From Marsupella aquatica (Eukaryota > Plantae > Marchantiophyta), in NCBI GenBank assembly GCA_973895155.1, contig OZ316898.1, positions 20,843,292-20,907,291 on the forward strand: a stretch of DNA of 64,000 nucleotides, read 5' to 3'. Position numbers and translations under genes: made by a program. Shown here piece after piece: positions 39,601 through 53,972 of the stretch. A model generated the notes under the pieces. It was not told where the DNA came from. It searched no databases and saw nothing but the letters and a program-made list of their open reading frames with translations. Each line of letters opens with the position of its first letter. Position 1 is the first letter of the stretch.

Positions 39601-42600
39601 GCAAGCTGAGTAAAATATTATTCAGCTCCATCTCCACTTCAAGGACATCCTCATCCAGAGCACCATTCAAAACCTTGTCATTCACTTTTTGACCTAATTG
39701 ACTCAAGAAACCAGCATCTAGAATAGAATTCGCTGGCTCTTGCTTCATTAATCCAGAAACATCTGGCCTCCCAATAACATTGGAACTGAGACTGCCAAGA
39801 ACAGCCTGCAACAAGAATTAATGATACTTAGAACCACGAGTTTCACCTCAGTCTGCTTGATAATACGGAAGCAATATGACCAGATCATTACTAAATGTAC
39901 AATCAGCTTATCGTGAACTAAGATGTTCCAGAATGTCACGACAAACACATGCAAGCATGTGTACCTCGGTATAACCAGCACGGCACCGGTCAAGTGTGCG
40001 CTCAAGAAGAGTTTGAACTAGCTCCAGAATCTCCCCTGCATACATTGGCATGGCTTGTGCCCAACCTAAAACCTGGTGGCACCACCAGGACCAGGGATGA
40101 GCTACTAATAAAGAACATTCAATCTGGCCTTGTTAGATTCAAGCAAAATGCAAAACCAGTTGGAACATCGGGTTCATCAGAAGATTGATTTAGCTATCTC
40201 TAGCCATGGCATCTCAGCAACGCTCTATTATTCAAGAGGGCACGGCGACAGTCCGAGAGTCACAACTTGCATAATGAAATCCTCCATCGCCAGGAGTAGG
40301 ACACAAAAGTCGACAACTGATCTACAGATTACTTACTTCACAGACAAGTTGATTAGCAGCTAGAGGACCCTGCAGCACTGGCCTTCCATTCTCCACAGCT
40401 GACTCATATTGAGCGCCAGGGTAGGACCTCAAACGAAATGCAGAAGGACCTGGACATGAAGCAAAAACTTATAAGAAAACAGACACAGGAGACAAAGAAA
40501 AGATCGCGAACTTATTTCTTTGCTAAAAAGAGTTTCAATGCATTAGTCATGGACTAAAAGTCTTTCTTCAAACTAATCCCACATCATTGTTCACAAAGGC
40601 AGTAAGAAGTTTACTTGCAAGAGCATCTGCAACTCGAGTTCGGTAGTCCACCCGTACAATAGGTAAAAACTGGTCTTTTACAAAATTTTCAATAAAAGTT
40701 TGAAGACCATCATTGCTGGTCGTGACCATCACAGAAATGACACGAATGAGAAAAACAGATATTACAAACAATTGTCAAGACAAAAAGGAAATGTCTCACA
40801 TGAGACGAACATCAACCTAATACGATTTGCTTAATAGATTACTCAAGCGCATGGGTCAATCTGTGACAATAATAGCTTTGAGATCTTCAATAGCATTCTA
40901 AAAAAGCAAACTCAACAGCACTGATCAACACAGGCCATGAGAACGTAAGCTTACCCAAGTTGCGTATACTTTGGAGGAAGTAAAGATGACACCTTATCTG
41001 TGTACTGCAACAGCAAAACCCTCAGTACATGCAAAGTCCATTGCTAGGCAACCTACAATCTAGACTTTTATTATTATTAAGATTCATAATAATTTTACTC
41101 AGACTGTGAGCAGCAGAACTCAATTTGTACTGAACTGGAGGATCAATGATGGATGTTTCCAAACTTACAGAAGGAAGTAGCGTACTTCTACACTTCCAAG
41201 AAATGTAAACGACAGAAATCGAAATCAGAATTTCAGCATTATTTCTTTAAGTCGGGAATAAAGCTATACTCGTGGGCTCCAATAGGCAGCATACAAACTG
41301 TCATTTCAAAGGGCTACTAAACCCTGCATGCGGCGCATGGTGAGTCCACCAAGTCAAGATAGATAAAGTTCCTATACATTTATTAAAAAAGGCACCACTC
41401 TCAAGTTCGAAACTCATGTGTGGCGTGGGACAACTCACAACAACTAAGTACCTGAAGAACTGGTCGATACACTGCTGAAGTAAGGTATATACCACGCTCT
41501 GGAAGTACAGATCCTGTTCCATATCCTTCTTGAGCAGCAGTGGCTTTATGCCTGTGGCGGCCACTCTGGCTTCCCATGATTTGATTCAAGCGATCATTTC
41601 CAACTACAACGGAAACCAGGTAAAGTTAGTTTGCACAAGCAGACACCATCAAATTTTGGAAGGAATGGAACACTTACAGTTGCCTGTCACTATCGTCAGG
41701 AGACCTGTGCTTTCCTGGCCTAAGCGATGTCTATGTATATTTCTTTCCAAGCCTACACAGTATATCACCTTGTTACAGTGTAATAGGAAGGGGTTCACTA
41801 AAATTCCAATCGATGAGAGAGATGACCGCTACTTGTCGTATTAACTCAAGCCATAACGGCAAGCATTATAACTGACAAAATCACCTCTATCAGAAATGGG
41901 CTTTTACACAAGTCCAATGGGACATAGAGCTTTGCAGACCGACCCTTGAATTCAAAGTTGAAATACGACATTAGACTTGAGCTCCCTTTAATACCTGGCG
42001 ACTGAAGGATAGTGTCCGTGAAGCGGAAGGCAAATGACAACCCCTCCTCAGATCCTCCCTTTCTGTTACATGCCATTAAAGCTCAATTGTCAAAAGGATA
42101 AAACCCTTCGAGTGCATCCCAGGCACATGGATTCGTAAGATGTACGAGTATGCTCGACACCGTTCGCCTATTACTAAACTAGATCTCCAAAAATATAACT
42201 GCGAAAACCTCGATCTTACGCGGTATCATCAGCAGGTGTCTTGCTTGCTAATCTTGCGGTTTGAACAGCAGCATCAGCAGAGGCTGCATCTGGGGTAGCC
42301 CGCAGGATGTCACAGATGAGTTGCTGGCATTCACTCTGCATGGGAAGGTCAACATCTTCAGCGGATAAATCATGCAAATTGAGCTCCAAAAGACTTATGG
42401 TTTGTACTCATGAGCTCTAAAGGAACCCTTTTCTTCAGACCATCTGAGTAACAACAATTGCAAATGCCACCGATTGACGGGGGCATCAGGTGCATGGCCT
42501 GTAAATTCTCAACGTAAAGGTAGATAAAAACCTGCAGAACTGTGAGAGCAAAGACCAAACTGTAGCCTCCTGTAGCTCTATTGATGTCTCCGCTGTCACT

Positions 42601-45600
42601 GCCCCATTGCAAATCTCCATTGACCTTTTCTGAAAAAGTAGAGGGATCTGAGCCGCTAGCTTTTGCTTCTACTGCTTCTCCCACGATGACATGATTTTCT
42701 GAACATAAGAACCGTAAGCTTAGATTCTAAGAAAAAAACGCCTCACCAGCAACCGAATGTTCATAAGGCTTATCAAGTAAAGCTACCGAAATGATGACTT
42801 ACCCAAAATTCGCAATACCAAATCTAGAATGGACTCTAAGAGTTCCTGAGCAGCAATTTGAGCCTTGCTCTGGGGACCGACATCAGAGGCAACAGGTCCC
42901 TTTATGCTATTGCCATTCATCACGTGGCCACTCTTTGTATCTTTCTTTGGTGAGCGACCAAGGAGATCAACCCCCTTAGACACCGGTGCAAGACCTCCTG
43001 CCACTTTAGACACCTGTTCAACTCGAGGCCTTGATGCATCCGCTGCTGCTGCCCGAGCCTTTATCTCTGCAGTAATGAGCTCGTGAAGGGTTGGTCTAAG
43101 CCTTTGGCTGCATCACGACCGCAAACAACATCACAATTGAGGCAGTACAATAATCGAAGCGACATAAATATTTAACAACAGCCTTCAATGCTGGGGAGCC
43201 CTCTCTTACATTGTCTAGAAATAAAATAAAATAAAAATACAGACGTATCCACGCACAGAGAAACTCACACAGAATAAATAACTGCAGCTAACATGGAGAG
43301 GCATCCATTCAGCATATATAAATATCAATTATTTCCCTTCCCCGAAACTCAAAAGCTTCCATATCTGTATGCATCACCAAATCGAATGACTACTTCTATT
43401 GCAAAAAGGGCCAGTCATTTTGTAGATAAGGAAGTCCAATCCGGTGTGGCCAATACTTTGATAGAATCTACTAAAACTACAACCTCTGAAGTATACAGGG
43501 TCCTTCCAGCGCCCAATGTTGTAATGAAAATATAAAATCCCAGTTCCTTGTGATACACAGTTTTCTCCTTTAAGATATGTAGCAAACAGATTCAGCTTTA
43601 AAAGTTATTCCACCCGTGTACAAGCGTCTATTAAACGCCTTAGGTCTAGATATAAGGTTTTCGGCATCAAGGAAACATGAAACTTCCAAAAATTCCAACA
43701 TAGTTTTATTTGATTATTTTCACACCTGATTATTGCACCTGCAGCGGCTATTTTTCCGAGCAAGGCAAGACACTCTACCATGGTCTGAAGGTATTTCACA
43801 GAAAGAGAGGCATCACTTTTCGTCATCAGCTCCTGCATGAACATCAACGGCGCGACTAGGAATTTTCATCAACAAATCCAGATTCAGTGAGGATTTCTTG
43901 CAAGATACACAACTTGGGCTCTCTTGAGGGATCGAAAAGATTCATCCCTCCTAGCAAACGGGCAAAAAGTCAAACAATTGACAGCGCTAAGCCCAGATGG
44001 AAGCCGGGATTGATATAGATCAACCAGGAACTGGACATAGCGATAAGACTCCTTCAATCCATTGCCTTTTACAGAAAAACTAATCCACAAAAGAAGATTC
44101 AGAAGTTTAAAGTTTTAGGCCCCAAATTTGTACAGGTTTTTCGCCTTTTCAGTGTTGGGGGAACCTGAGTTGATCAACTACTAATTGATTTACACCACAG
44201 ATAGCCTTTAAAAATTCTCCGAAAGCTGCTGAGATTTGTCGAAAAAACAGAGAGCATACCGTGAAATCATTTGGTGTTGAATCAGCAAGCCATGGGGGAA
44301 TAACTTTCGGGGGCTTTTTGGCTTCCTTGGCGACTGCGTCATCACCCCCATTTGCACCTCGAGAAGGGACCCCCTCTGATGACCCATCCACGCTTCCTCC
44401 ATTTGCAGGACGATCATCTTCCCTACCATCTACAGATGATCTATGATCAACCAAAGTGAATCATGACACAGTCACATACTCAGATACACAAATCAAACAT
44501 CATAAAAATAAAGATCCGCAGGCAACCAGCCTTTTTTGTGGGGCCAACAAGACGGATATCCTTGCTTTAACCATTGATATAAAAGACACTGATTAAGACA
44601 AATATTTCGGCTTGACGTATTAACAAAACTACTCACCCATCAATTGAGCTCCCTTTTTGAGCTTCAAGGACTCTGTCCAGGCCTGCGGCTTGAAAATCAT
44701 GCCTCCGCATTGTCCGAGTCCGACGTGACATAGAGAGAAGATTACCCGCAGGAGCAACCGTGACGGCCGTGATACTGGAAATGTCGTCATCTTTTTCTGG
44801 AATTATACTAAGGTTGTAGCTGATAGCCAGAAAAGCACAAAAGAACATTTCAGGACAACGGTATTCCAAACAGAGTCTAAACTCGTGAAAATAAATCGGA
44901 TAGCAATCAATTGAAAGTCAGGTCCAGGATTGGTACCTGTATTCACCTTTATTGTAAAGATGAAGGTGAAGTTCTTCCATAGCTTTGAAGAAGAGGACAC
45001 CACGCAGCTTTGATAGATCAGCGCGCACATCTTGAAGAGCACCAACCTAATTACATAAAAGAATCGTATCAATTCATTAAAGAATCATGCAGCCAATTGG
45101 ACAGACAGACAGACTTTCAGTAACGTGTAATACGATATGATTCCTCGAGACAGCCTCTTCCCAGCTTAGACCTTCTGCCATGTTTGCGTGGGCACATAGA
45201 TTCTCGATTACTCAGTCACTAACTATGTCGATGTTGAGGACTTATTGGGTTCTACAGTGCAAAAGCTCTTGGAATTATCTCCACCATGTTCGCATAAAGT
45301 GAGCTAGCGATGAGACAAAATTTGATAACACCTTCCATTAATTACTACTTCTGAACGGATTTGGAATCGGTACATTTTGGACGGTAGAATTCAGTTCTAA
45401 CGCGTTACGCAGTATGGAGGGGATCGAAATAACCACCAGGTACCTTGTCTTTCCTCCTCACATCATCTACAGTGGTATCCCAGATCTGAGTTCATCATCA
45501 TTGCTCACATCACACGTTAAACGGAAATCCCTTCTGTTAGGAAGACAACTAGAAGCTGAGCTTTGCTCAACGAATATGTAGTCTCATTAGTCAACTGAAG

Positions 45601-47954
45601 ATGTCGTCTACGCCAATCAAATGACGCAGAGGTCGAGACATTTAGAGCTATCAGGGTTAATTATACTGTCAAAACAACTTATTTATTTTGTGTATTTTGT
45701 GGTGCCAGTAACTAGAATACAAAGGTTTACATCAAAATCCGAGAGGAGCCAATCAATTGCGAACTCCGACTTTAACCTTTTGCAAATTTTTTTACTTCTA
45801 GGGTAGCCCTTGAAATCTTTCGACGAACCCACAAACTTCAGAGCCAGTCATGAAGATGGTATAAAAACATCGGCTCCTGGCACTCCCTACGGCTTACTTA
45901 CCGATTGAATCCCCTCCCTCTCCAGCATATTGATCGATTGAATATGAAGCTGAACAGCAGCATAGAATTTTCTTTCTGCAATCAGCTTCTCAATCTGTGC
46001 CGGGACCTGAACCAAAACAGTGAATGTTTTCTTGAGTGGACAAAGTTGTTTCACACAAGACAGTGACCCAAAACTATTCCGTATATTCAGCAACTAGACG
46101 AAGAACGGATAGATAAACGGGAGAGGGTGGCTTCCTTGCCAACGATAGTATTCACTTGCCCAGCAGATCATATAAATAGTCATAGGAAGGAAACTATGAA
46201 GGACACTGGCCAAGTTCTGACGACAGCAAATGGCGATCTGTCAAATTTGAAATCAATTCGATTCAATTCTTATAGCCAATGCAATTTAAAGGGTACATGA
46301 ATCGTCTCTGCCAGGGAGCTCGGAATAGCTGCGATAAAATAACACTCTTCAATCTCATTATAGAGCTGCCAGGAAGCTTGGTATAACTAACAGACAGAGA
46401 GTTAGAACAAATCACTGAGCATCTCATAAAGACAAGTTTAAATGTACACTACAATCCGGTGCACGACCCAACGATAGGCAATCCAGTCTGCTGACATATA
46501 ACCACGGTAGCTAAATGACAGTTTCTATTTTTTGCTCTTCTTAGGTCAGAAACAAAAAAACATGTCTTAAGAGTCGCGAAGAGTCTCACCTTCGCAACAT
46601 TGTCGATCTGATCGAGCAGGGCAATTACATGACGTAAAGTAACAGAGCGGCACCACTGTTGATGTAGCTGCTTATGTTTTGCACCGAGCAGGACCCTCGC
46701 CTCTTCTAAATTTACTTTTAAACCACCAATACTTGCAGCCGACTCACTAAAAAGGCGCAGAATCTGCTCCATCCCGTTATTCGGTCAAAGCACCAAAATT
46801 AGAATGCTGAGAGATTATTGATACTTTAGCCATTTGCAGGTACCATAAACCCTAAAGCACTCCTTGTGGCAACTGTCTGTGCTGACTTGTCCACTTCCGA
46901 AAATAAGGTTCTTCAATACCCGAAGAGGGTCTACATTTGGCTCACTTCAAAATCTAAGCTAAAAGAAATTCATCAAGTGGAACCAGATCCACCAAGAAAG
47001 GTTCGGAAATAGTTCCAAAGTACCTGAGAGTAATTATGAATGGCTTTGTTAAAACCATTGTGATAACCCCGAACTACATCATCCACGAGCTCTTCAATTG
47101 CATCCCTTTGTTCCTGCAGTCGTCTGACAGCCCCATCAGGATCTTGTGACGTCAGAACTTGAACGACGTGGGGGAGTGAGTCGAACCGAGCCTGCTTCCA
47201 CACGTCGTCTATTCCTTCGAGTTCTGCGATGACAACCTGAAAACAGACGGAGATTTTGGCCGTTAACGAATTTTGGTTCACATTACAAATCCTCCCTGTG
47301 TGAGGTAAAAATATAATGGCGTATTTCCCGACGAACGTAAGCAATTTAAATCGACGTTTAAAGAGGGAATACACTAGGTTCGAGTCCCTCTATATCACGC
47401 TTCCTCGTCGGTAAACCTTCTACGTCAGTGCGAGAACCAGCAATCAGCAGTCCAAATCCAAAGCCATCACGAATCTAGCTGATTAAACTAGAAACAGCAA
47501 CCAACTACACCAACACATCCCACAGAAAGCGGCGAAGAGGTTAAACAAGTGCTATCAGTGCTTATCGATCATAAAAAAATGTGACCACACTCCAGCTAAG
47601 AAACCTCTATAGCAGGTTAACACAGTGACCAACCACAACTTGTGAAAATATAAAGCGAAGGCACAACTAGCGAAACAGAGTAGTGAAAATTTGGTCATGA
47701 AGAACAGGACGGGGACAACTCAGGCACGCACACGATTATGAGACTGGGACAGCATCCAGAAGCACCGATACGAAATTAAGCATTTCTTATCTACGAACCA
47801 GAAGAGGAAGTCAACCGCAGAAAATCCGATCCGAACTTCATCAGATCGTACCAAAAAAGGAGAAATCGAAGAAACAGCACAACGGCTAACGGTAGTCTCT
47901 CTGACAGAAAGACGAACTTACATCCCAGTCCACAGGAGAAGCCGGATCCGCCAT
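36699..47954 (-). CDS. SEC8: Exocyst complex component SEC8 (EXOC4), 27 exons, about 1105 aa
   Basis: Phase-consistent GT-AG exons: 47954-47922, 47236-47024, 46763-46590, 46006-45902, 45046-44937, 44819-44637, 44440-44260, 43832-43726, 43107-42803, 42698-42532, 42335-42220, 42062-41995, 41719-41678, 41603-41452, 41004-40955, 40715-40615, 40449-40337, 40072-39965, 39805-39587, 39314-39229, 38803-38602, 38319-38245, 37968-37867, 37657-37583, 37469-37377, 37050-37001, 36786-36699 (3318 nt). Plant SEC8 motifs include ARFDSLPHVV, YHNGFNKAIHNYSQILRLFSES, SECQQLICDILRATP, QEGYG..VLPE.GIYL..YRPVLQ, DAEEPEDF and YYELLNLPFE. Exon 1 and the 42-nt exon 13 are the least certain. Confidence 0.95.
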
Positions 47955-48633
47955 TTTGCAATGCCGAAACCCAAGACGCCCTTCATAGTAGTCCTGCAGG
48001 TCTCCGCATCATCATCCTCATGGCCATCTTGTCGTGGACCCTACCGAATCGGTCCGTCAGCCAGTCTTTCGAAGCAACCTGCTACCGTCTAATGCTCATC
48101 CGCGGATGACATAGAGATCAATCCACTCTGTATCCCCTTTGTTCGTTCGCTCGTACGCAACACTGTGACGATCTGTGCCCTGAACATCATCGCGAGCGAG
48201 CTCGGTGCTCCCCTTTCTAATTTCCCCAATCGCCCGACCTCGTTAGAGTGCGTCTGACTGGGAAAATGTGTAATCCATTTCGCTCATCTATTATTAATAG
48301 ATCTAAAAGTATGGATGGAGTCTGGTGATAAAATTTACCAGTCGGGTGAGGACGTGCAAATGGTGTAACCCAGGTCGCTCATTGAGTAATTACTCTAAAC
48401 GGACGAACCTAATGGTAAACTTTGCCAGGCCCGTGATGAGGAGGTGGATCACAAACGGATCATCTTTCTCTTGTAAATAAGAACAAATTTTCTCATTTTT
48501 CTCTCATTTGCAGTCATGACAGGCAAATAGCGTTTCATCTCTCTGCAAACTCTATTATTTTGCTTAGAGTCCAATTCAATCAAAATCAGAAAAGTGAATG
48601 CATCAGCCATATTTGGCTGTTGTCGGACTCCTA

Positions 48634-49815
48634 TCTTTAAGTTCATGCTTCCACTTCTCCTTCTTCTTGAGGGCCTAGGCCAAATGCCCTTGGGTCTGGG
48701 CAAGTTTGCTCTTAATTAACTGGTTATTAGCCTTGGCTGTATCCAATTGCCCCTGCATGATTTTATCTATGCTTCCTAACCCGCAGCTCGTCTTGAGCCT
48801 GTTTGGCTGCCTTTAGATCTCTAGCCTCGGCTTCCTTCTCTCTAAGCCGCCTGATGACCTCTTCCTTCTTCATCTGCTCCAAGGCCAGTGCTTCCTCCAA
48901 CCGGCTTTTATCCAACATCTCCCTATGGATAAAAGGCCCCGTCTCCAACTCTTCCCCAAAGATGTCGAGGGCAAGTAATCCACACATCTTTTCGTACTCC
49001 AGGGCCCTGCAACGTGCATAGGTGGAGTGGTTAAGAGATGCCGACATCTCCCAACGCGGCCTTTGCTCCCACGCCGCCCTTCGAACCTCGTCAAACATGG
49101 GTAGGGGCCCGGCTTGGTCTTCTGCAAGCCGTCGAATGTCCTTTGGCCATCCTCCGCTGGCAAATCCTTCTCCTTGGCCAGGGTTGCCCTCTCCAGATCT
49201 CTGAGTTGCTTGTGCAACTCCTGGTCGGCCTGTTTCCTCCCATCGTAATTTGGAGGAGGGACGTCTGGTGGGGGAGACTCCGGGCTTCTCTGTTGTTTTG
49301 GGTTCCCCACGCACCACTCTTGGAAGTGTGGGGATGAAGCGGCCACAGGCCCGCACCCCTGGTACCGAACGATCCGACCCATAGCTGAAATCATCCTCGT
49401 TGTATTCCTCCACACCTTCCCTTCCGGCCTGGAGTACTAATGCCTGCGGATCCTCTCTTGGACTAGCCGCGAACGTGGCATCCTATCGGAAACTGCGCAT
49501 GTGCGCTAGTCTCTCCTCCGACTCCCACACCCGCCTTTCCCTCTCCTCATCATGATTGGAACCTTGGGCCCTTGTCCCTCGGGTTTTAGACTCGAGGCTC
49601 CCACATACATCCGCACCCCCGGCTCGTTTTCTGGCCTCCTTCTCTCCGCGGCCCTGACAAAGGGATCTGCTCTGGTGGGTCTTGTGGTGCGTCCCTCCCC
49701 AACAAAGTCGTGTACTGGTGCCTTTGCTGCCATTGTCGGCTTCTCCTTCTGTAGCATCTGCAAGAGGCTCTGCAAAGTTGGTTGTTGCATCGGCATGGGT
49801 TCCGGCGTCGGCCTA
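48634..49815 (-). repeat. Inverted copy (about 1.18 kb) of accessory-ORF segment 51498-52694
   Basis: The reverse complement aligns along its length. ORF 48763-49413 (EEYNEDDF..CGRFIPTLPRVV..ELETGPFIHREML) matches 51698-52489. Confidence 0.93.
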
Positions 49816-50189
49816 TGGTATGACTGTTGCCCAACCCTGCATGACTGCACTGCCTGCATCACTAGGCCTTGTAAAATGGTAAAATCGGGTGATATACACT
49901 AAAACCATTAGTATAAGGAGGAAAAACAAGAAAATATAAACAATTAAGGGTATCCATGGAACCCGAGCCGAGGCTGGGAGTAATAAGCGCAACGCCAACC
50001 AAGGGGCACGATTAGGGTTAGGGTACGCTAAGCACCGGTGGCTACAGGTAATCAACGACCAAGTCAAGCAACAACAGGCCAGAGGGGGGTAAGGGAGGTT
50101 CACCAAGGGTGACAGCTCATTTGCGAACATTGATCGAGCAGATTGTGAGGAGAAGCCAACGACTGTCAGCTACTAAGGTGAACATTGAG

Positions 50190-52780
50190 GATGGAAGCAG
50201 ATACTGAGCATCAATACAAGGTGGGAATGAGCAACGTCAATCAAGCTACACATTTTTGGGGATGCCTGTTCGAACGGGCAACTGTGTACATTGGGACCCC
50301 GATTGGGACATACAAGGAAGAGGAGTCGGAGATAGCAGCCCAAGAATGACAGGAGCTTGCTCGATTGTGGGAATTGCAAAAGTTTGCCTTTCTAGGAAGA
50401 GAGCTCATCAAGGCTGAATTCTTGTGGATGCCTACTGTCGATCAGCTCGATGATCTTCTATTTTGAAAGAACAGAATCGTCAGTATCCGGGAGGCCATCA
50501 ACCGCTGCAATGACAAACATTGGGACCTGAAGGGTTGCATGGAGGCGTGGACAAAAGCCACAGTGTTGGGGGAGTCGTCAAGAGCGGCTAAAATGAAGAG
50601 GAAGATGACCTACAACAAAGAAACCACCCCGGCCAAAAGAACAAGGTTGGCGGCATCTAGAAAGCCGGCTGAGCAAGGGAGACAGAGGCAAGAGGAAGCC
50701 AAGGAACTAGAGGTCAACCCAGTCAATGCCATCCCTACTAGAGATGATACATGGAAGGGTTGGGTAATGGTCATACCGCAGGCAGTGTAGTTACATTTTG
50801 CAGGGAGGAGGATGCATGTTTTACAACCATGCAGTCCAAAAAGTACCAAGGCTTCATGGCCGGATCGGGCTTGGAGACCTTTGTTAGATTATTGTGGCTA
50901 AAGCCAAAGGTGTCGAAATCAGACTTGCCGGAATTCATGGGATCATGGGATCACGAGTTGAATGCAACCAAGGTCTACGGGAGGAAATTCTATCTCACTC
51001 CCAAGGTGATTGCCAAAGTATTTGGCTTGCCGATGGGCAACAAGACCAAGGTAGACATCCGGAAGAACTTGTCGGACAAGGAGTTTAGATCGTTCCCCGG
51101 GCCATCAACGAAGAATGGCTTCTTTTAGAACACTTGCACCAACCCGCACATTGGAGAAATGATTGATTTCTTGCGGGTGACAATGCATTGCAACCTGGCA
51201 AGACCGGAGATCGGCAAGGCACAGGTTTACGTGGCAGAGAGGCCAGACCCAAGCCGGGACTACAACGAGTACACCTCCTCACCCAACTGAAGAAGATCTT
51301 GAAGGAGGAACAACAAGTGATAGGCCAGGGGAGCGTATCCCGGCTTGGTTATCACATGCCGTTGTTGTGCCGGTATGCCCAAAGTCAGACCTTTGCAGCA
51401 ATACTCCCCCTACAAGCAAGGGCACCAGAGGAGTCAGAACCGAGACCGGCAGCAAGGAAGCTGAACCGCCCGACAGCCCCACGATAGCATAGATTTTTAG
51501 GCCAACGCCGGAACCCATGCCGATGTAGCAACCAGCTATGTAGAGCCTCTTGCAGATGCGGCAGAAGGAGAAGCCGGCAATTGCAGCACAGACACCAGTA
51601 CACGACATTATTGGGGAGGGAGGCACCGTAAGACCCACCAGAGCAGATCCCTTAAGTCGGGGCTCTAAAGAGAAGGAGGCCAAAAAACAAGCCGGGGGTG
51701 CGGATGTATGTGGGAGCCTCAAGTCCGGAACCCAAGGGACAAGGGCCCAAGGTTCCCAGTCATGATGAGGAGAGGGAAAGGCGGATGTGGGTGCCGAAGC
51801 ATAGACCAACACACATGCGCAGTTTTTGGCAGGATGCTGCGTTCGCGGCTAGTCCAAGAGAGGATCCGCAGGCACCAGTACTCCAGGCCGGAAGGAAGGG
51901 CGTGGAGGAATACAACAATGATGACTTTGGCTATGGGTTGGATCATTTGGTACCAGGGGTGCGGACTTGTGGCCGCTTCATCCCCACACTTCCAAGAGTG
52001 GTGCATGGGGACCCAAAATAGCAGAGAAGCTCGGAGTCTACCCCACCAGACCTTCCTCCTCCGAATTATGATGGGAGAAAACAGGCCTACCAGGAGTTGT
52101 AGGAGCGACTCAGAGATCTGGAGAGGGCAACCCTGGCCAAGGAGAAGGATTTGCCAGGCGGAGGATGGCCAAAGGACATTCGGCGGCTTGCAGAAGACCA
52201 AGCCGGGCCCCTACCCACATTTGACGAGGTTTGAAAGGTGGCGTGGGAACAAAGGCCGCGTTGGGAGATCCCGACATCTCCTAACCACTCCACCTATGCA
52301 CGTTGCAAAGCCCTGGAGTACGGGAAGATGTGCGGATTACTTGCCCTCAACATCTTTTGGGAAGAGTTGGAGACGGGGCCTTTTATCCATAGGGAGATGT
52401 TGGAGAAAAGTTGGTTGGAAGAAGTACTGGCCTTGGAGAGGATGAAGAAGAAAAAGGTCATCCGGCGGCTTAGAGAGAAGGAGATCTAAAGGCAGCCAAG
52501 GCCGGAGATCTAAAGGCAGCCAAGCAAGCTCTAGACAAGCTACGGGTTAGGAAGCATGAGATAATCATCATGCAAAGGCAACTGGATACAGCCAAGGCTG
52601 ATAACCAGTTGATTAAGAGTAAACTTGCCTAGACCCAAGGGCATTTGGCCGAGGCCCTCAAGGAGAAAGAGAAGTGGAAACAGGATCTTAAAGACGCAGA
52701 GTTGGCTCATCTAACGATCAGCAACAGGGTCATGGCAAAGGCACAGAGAGTCGTGAATACAACTTTCACCTACTCGTAAT
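50190..52780 (+). pseudogene. Long decayed accessory ORF of an outer retrotransposon-like element
   Basis: Near-continuous reading through stops and frameshifts: ..LNATKVYGRKFYLTPKVIAKVFGLP..GPSTKNGFF..RLGYHMPLLCRY, then a Pro/Arg-rich linker and a C-terminal coiled coil. Apparently homologous to 527-2223. Confidence 0.6.
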
Positions 52781-52919
52781 TGCTCTGGCGTTACCTAACT
52801 CCAGCGTTGAGCCCCTCTTAGATTTGCTACCATCATGGCCATTAGGGATACGACTAACAAAGAGGAGTCTAGTAAGAGCAAGGACAAGACTTGAGAAAAA
52901 TGCGCTCCAATTAACTCTA

Positions 52920-53452
52920 TTGGGCCCGTTGCCGATCACGGAAAGATAAACTATTTTTCCAACGGATCACCATAGGGGCCCAAGAAGCCCCACATGAGCC
53001 CGATCATGGGACAGCATATTTCTCGGCCAACGGACCCAGGGGCCAAAAGTTATGGCCGACTCAAGCCGCATACTTGTAGTTTGGGCCCGTTGCCGATCAC
53101 GGAAAAAATGAACTATTTTTCCAACGGATCACCATAGTGGCCCAAGAAGCCCCACATGAGCCCGATCATGGGGCCGCATATTTCTTGGCCAACGGACTTA
53201 GGGGCCAAAAGTTATGGCCGACTCAAACCGACATACTTGTAGTTTGGGCCTGTTGCCGATCATGGAAAAATGAACTATTTTTCCAACGGATCACCATAGG
53301 GGCCCAAGAAGCCCCACATGAGCCCAATCATGGGGCCGCATATTTCTTGGCCAACGGACCCAGGGGCCAAAAGTTATGGTCGACTCAAGCCGCATACTTG
53401 TAGTTTGGGCCCGTTGCCGATCATGGAAAAATGAACTATTTTTCCAACGGAT
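52920..53452 (+). repeat. 162-bp tandem repeat, about 3.3 units (left part of the array)
   Basis: ttgggccc/tgttgccgatca starts at 52920, 53081, 53244 and 53405. Confidence 0.95.
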
Positions 53453-53972
53453 CCGGGCTTGGACCATAAGAGAGCTTGGCGTCGGAGTCAGCGACGCCGG
53501 AGCTAAGTGTTAAGGTAGTCGAGTTCCGCGACTTGCACCCCCCCTTTAAAAATAGTCACGTCTGCGTGACCTCGGTAAACGTTCCAACACGCCTAGACCA
53601 CTTTGGGCCATAAAAATTTTATGAGGTAACAAATGGTTTGCCCATAAGGCTGATGCAAATCAGGTTGGTATGCGCATTCCAGACTTAGGAAATTCCAACC
53701 TATCCCGTTTATCCAAGTAGGATGCCAGTCCAAACGGGTAAGCTAACTCCAAACTTGTCGGACCCATTGTCCTCCCTTTGGGGCACTCCCCTTTGGTTTG
53801 AACTAACCCGCCCACAGATGTAGGGCGGGCACCATCAACTTCCACTCACAAAAAGCAAATTGGCCGCCCAACAACCTCTAGGACCAACGCAATCCGACTT
53901 TATCCTTAAGAGGCTGAGAGGAGTGAAACTAGGATACAACTCACAAAGGTAGCTACAGCTGCCTGTACCAGT

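Noticed and set aside
50012-50024. (TTAGGG)2 telomere-like motif
   Set aside because: Only two units, which is expected by chance.
52920-53452. Regularly spaced repeats as a possible CRISPR array
   Set aside because: Whole 162-bp units repeat without unique spacers, there are no cas genes, and the context is a eukaryotic TE.
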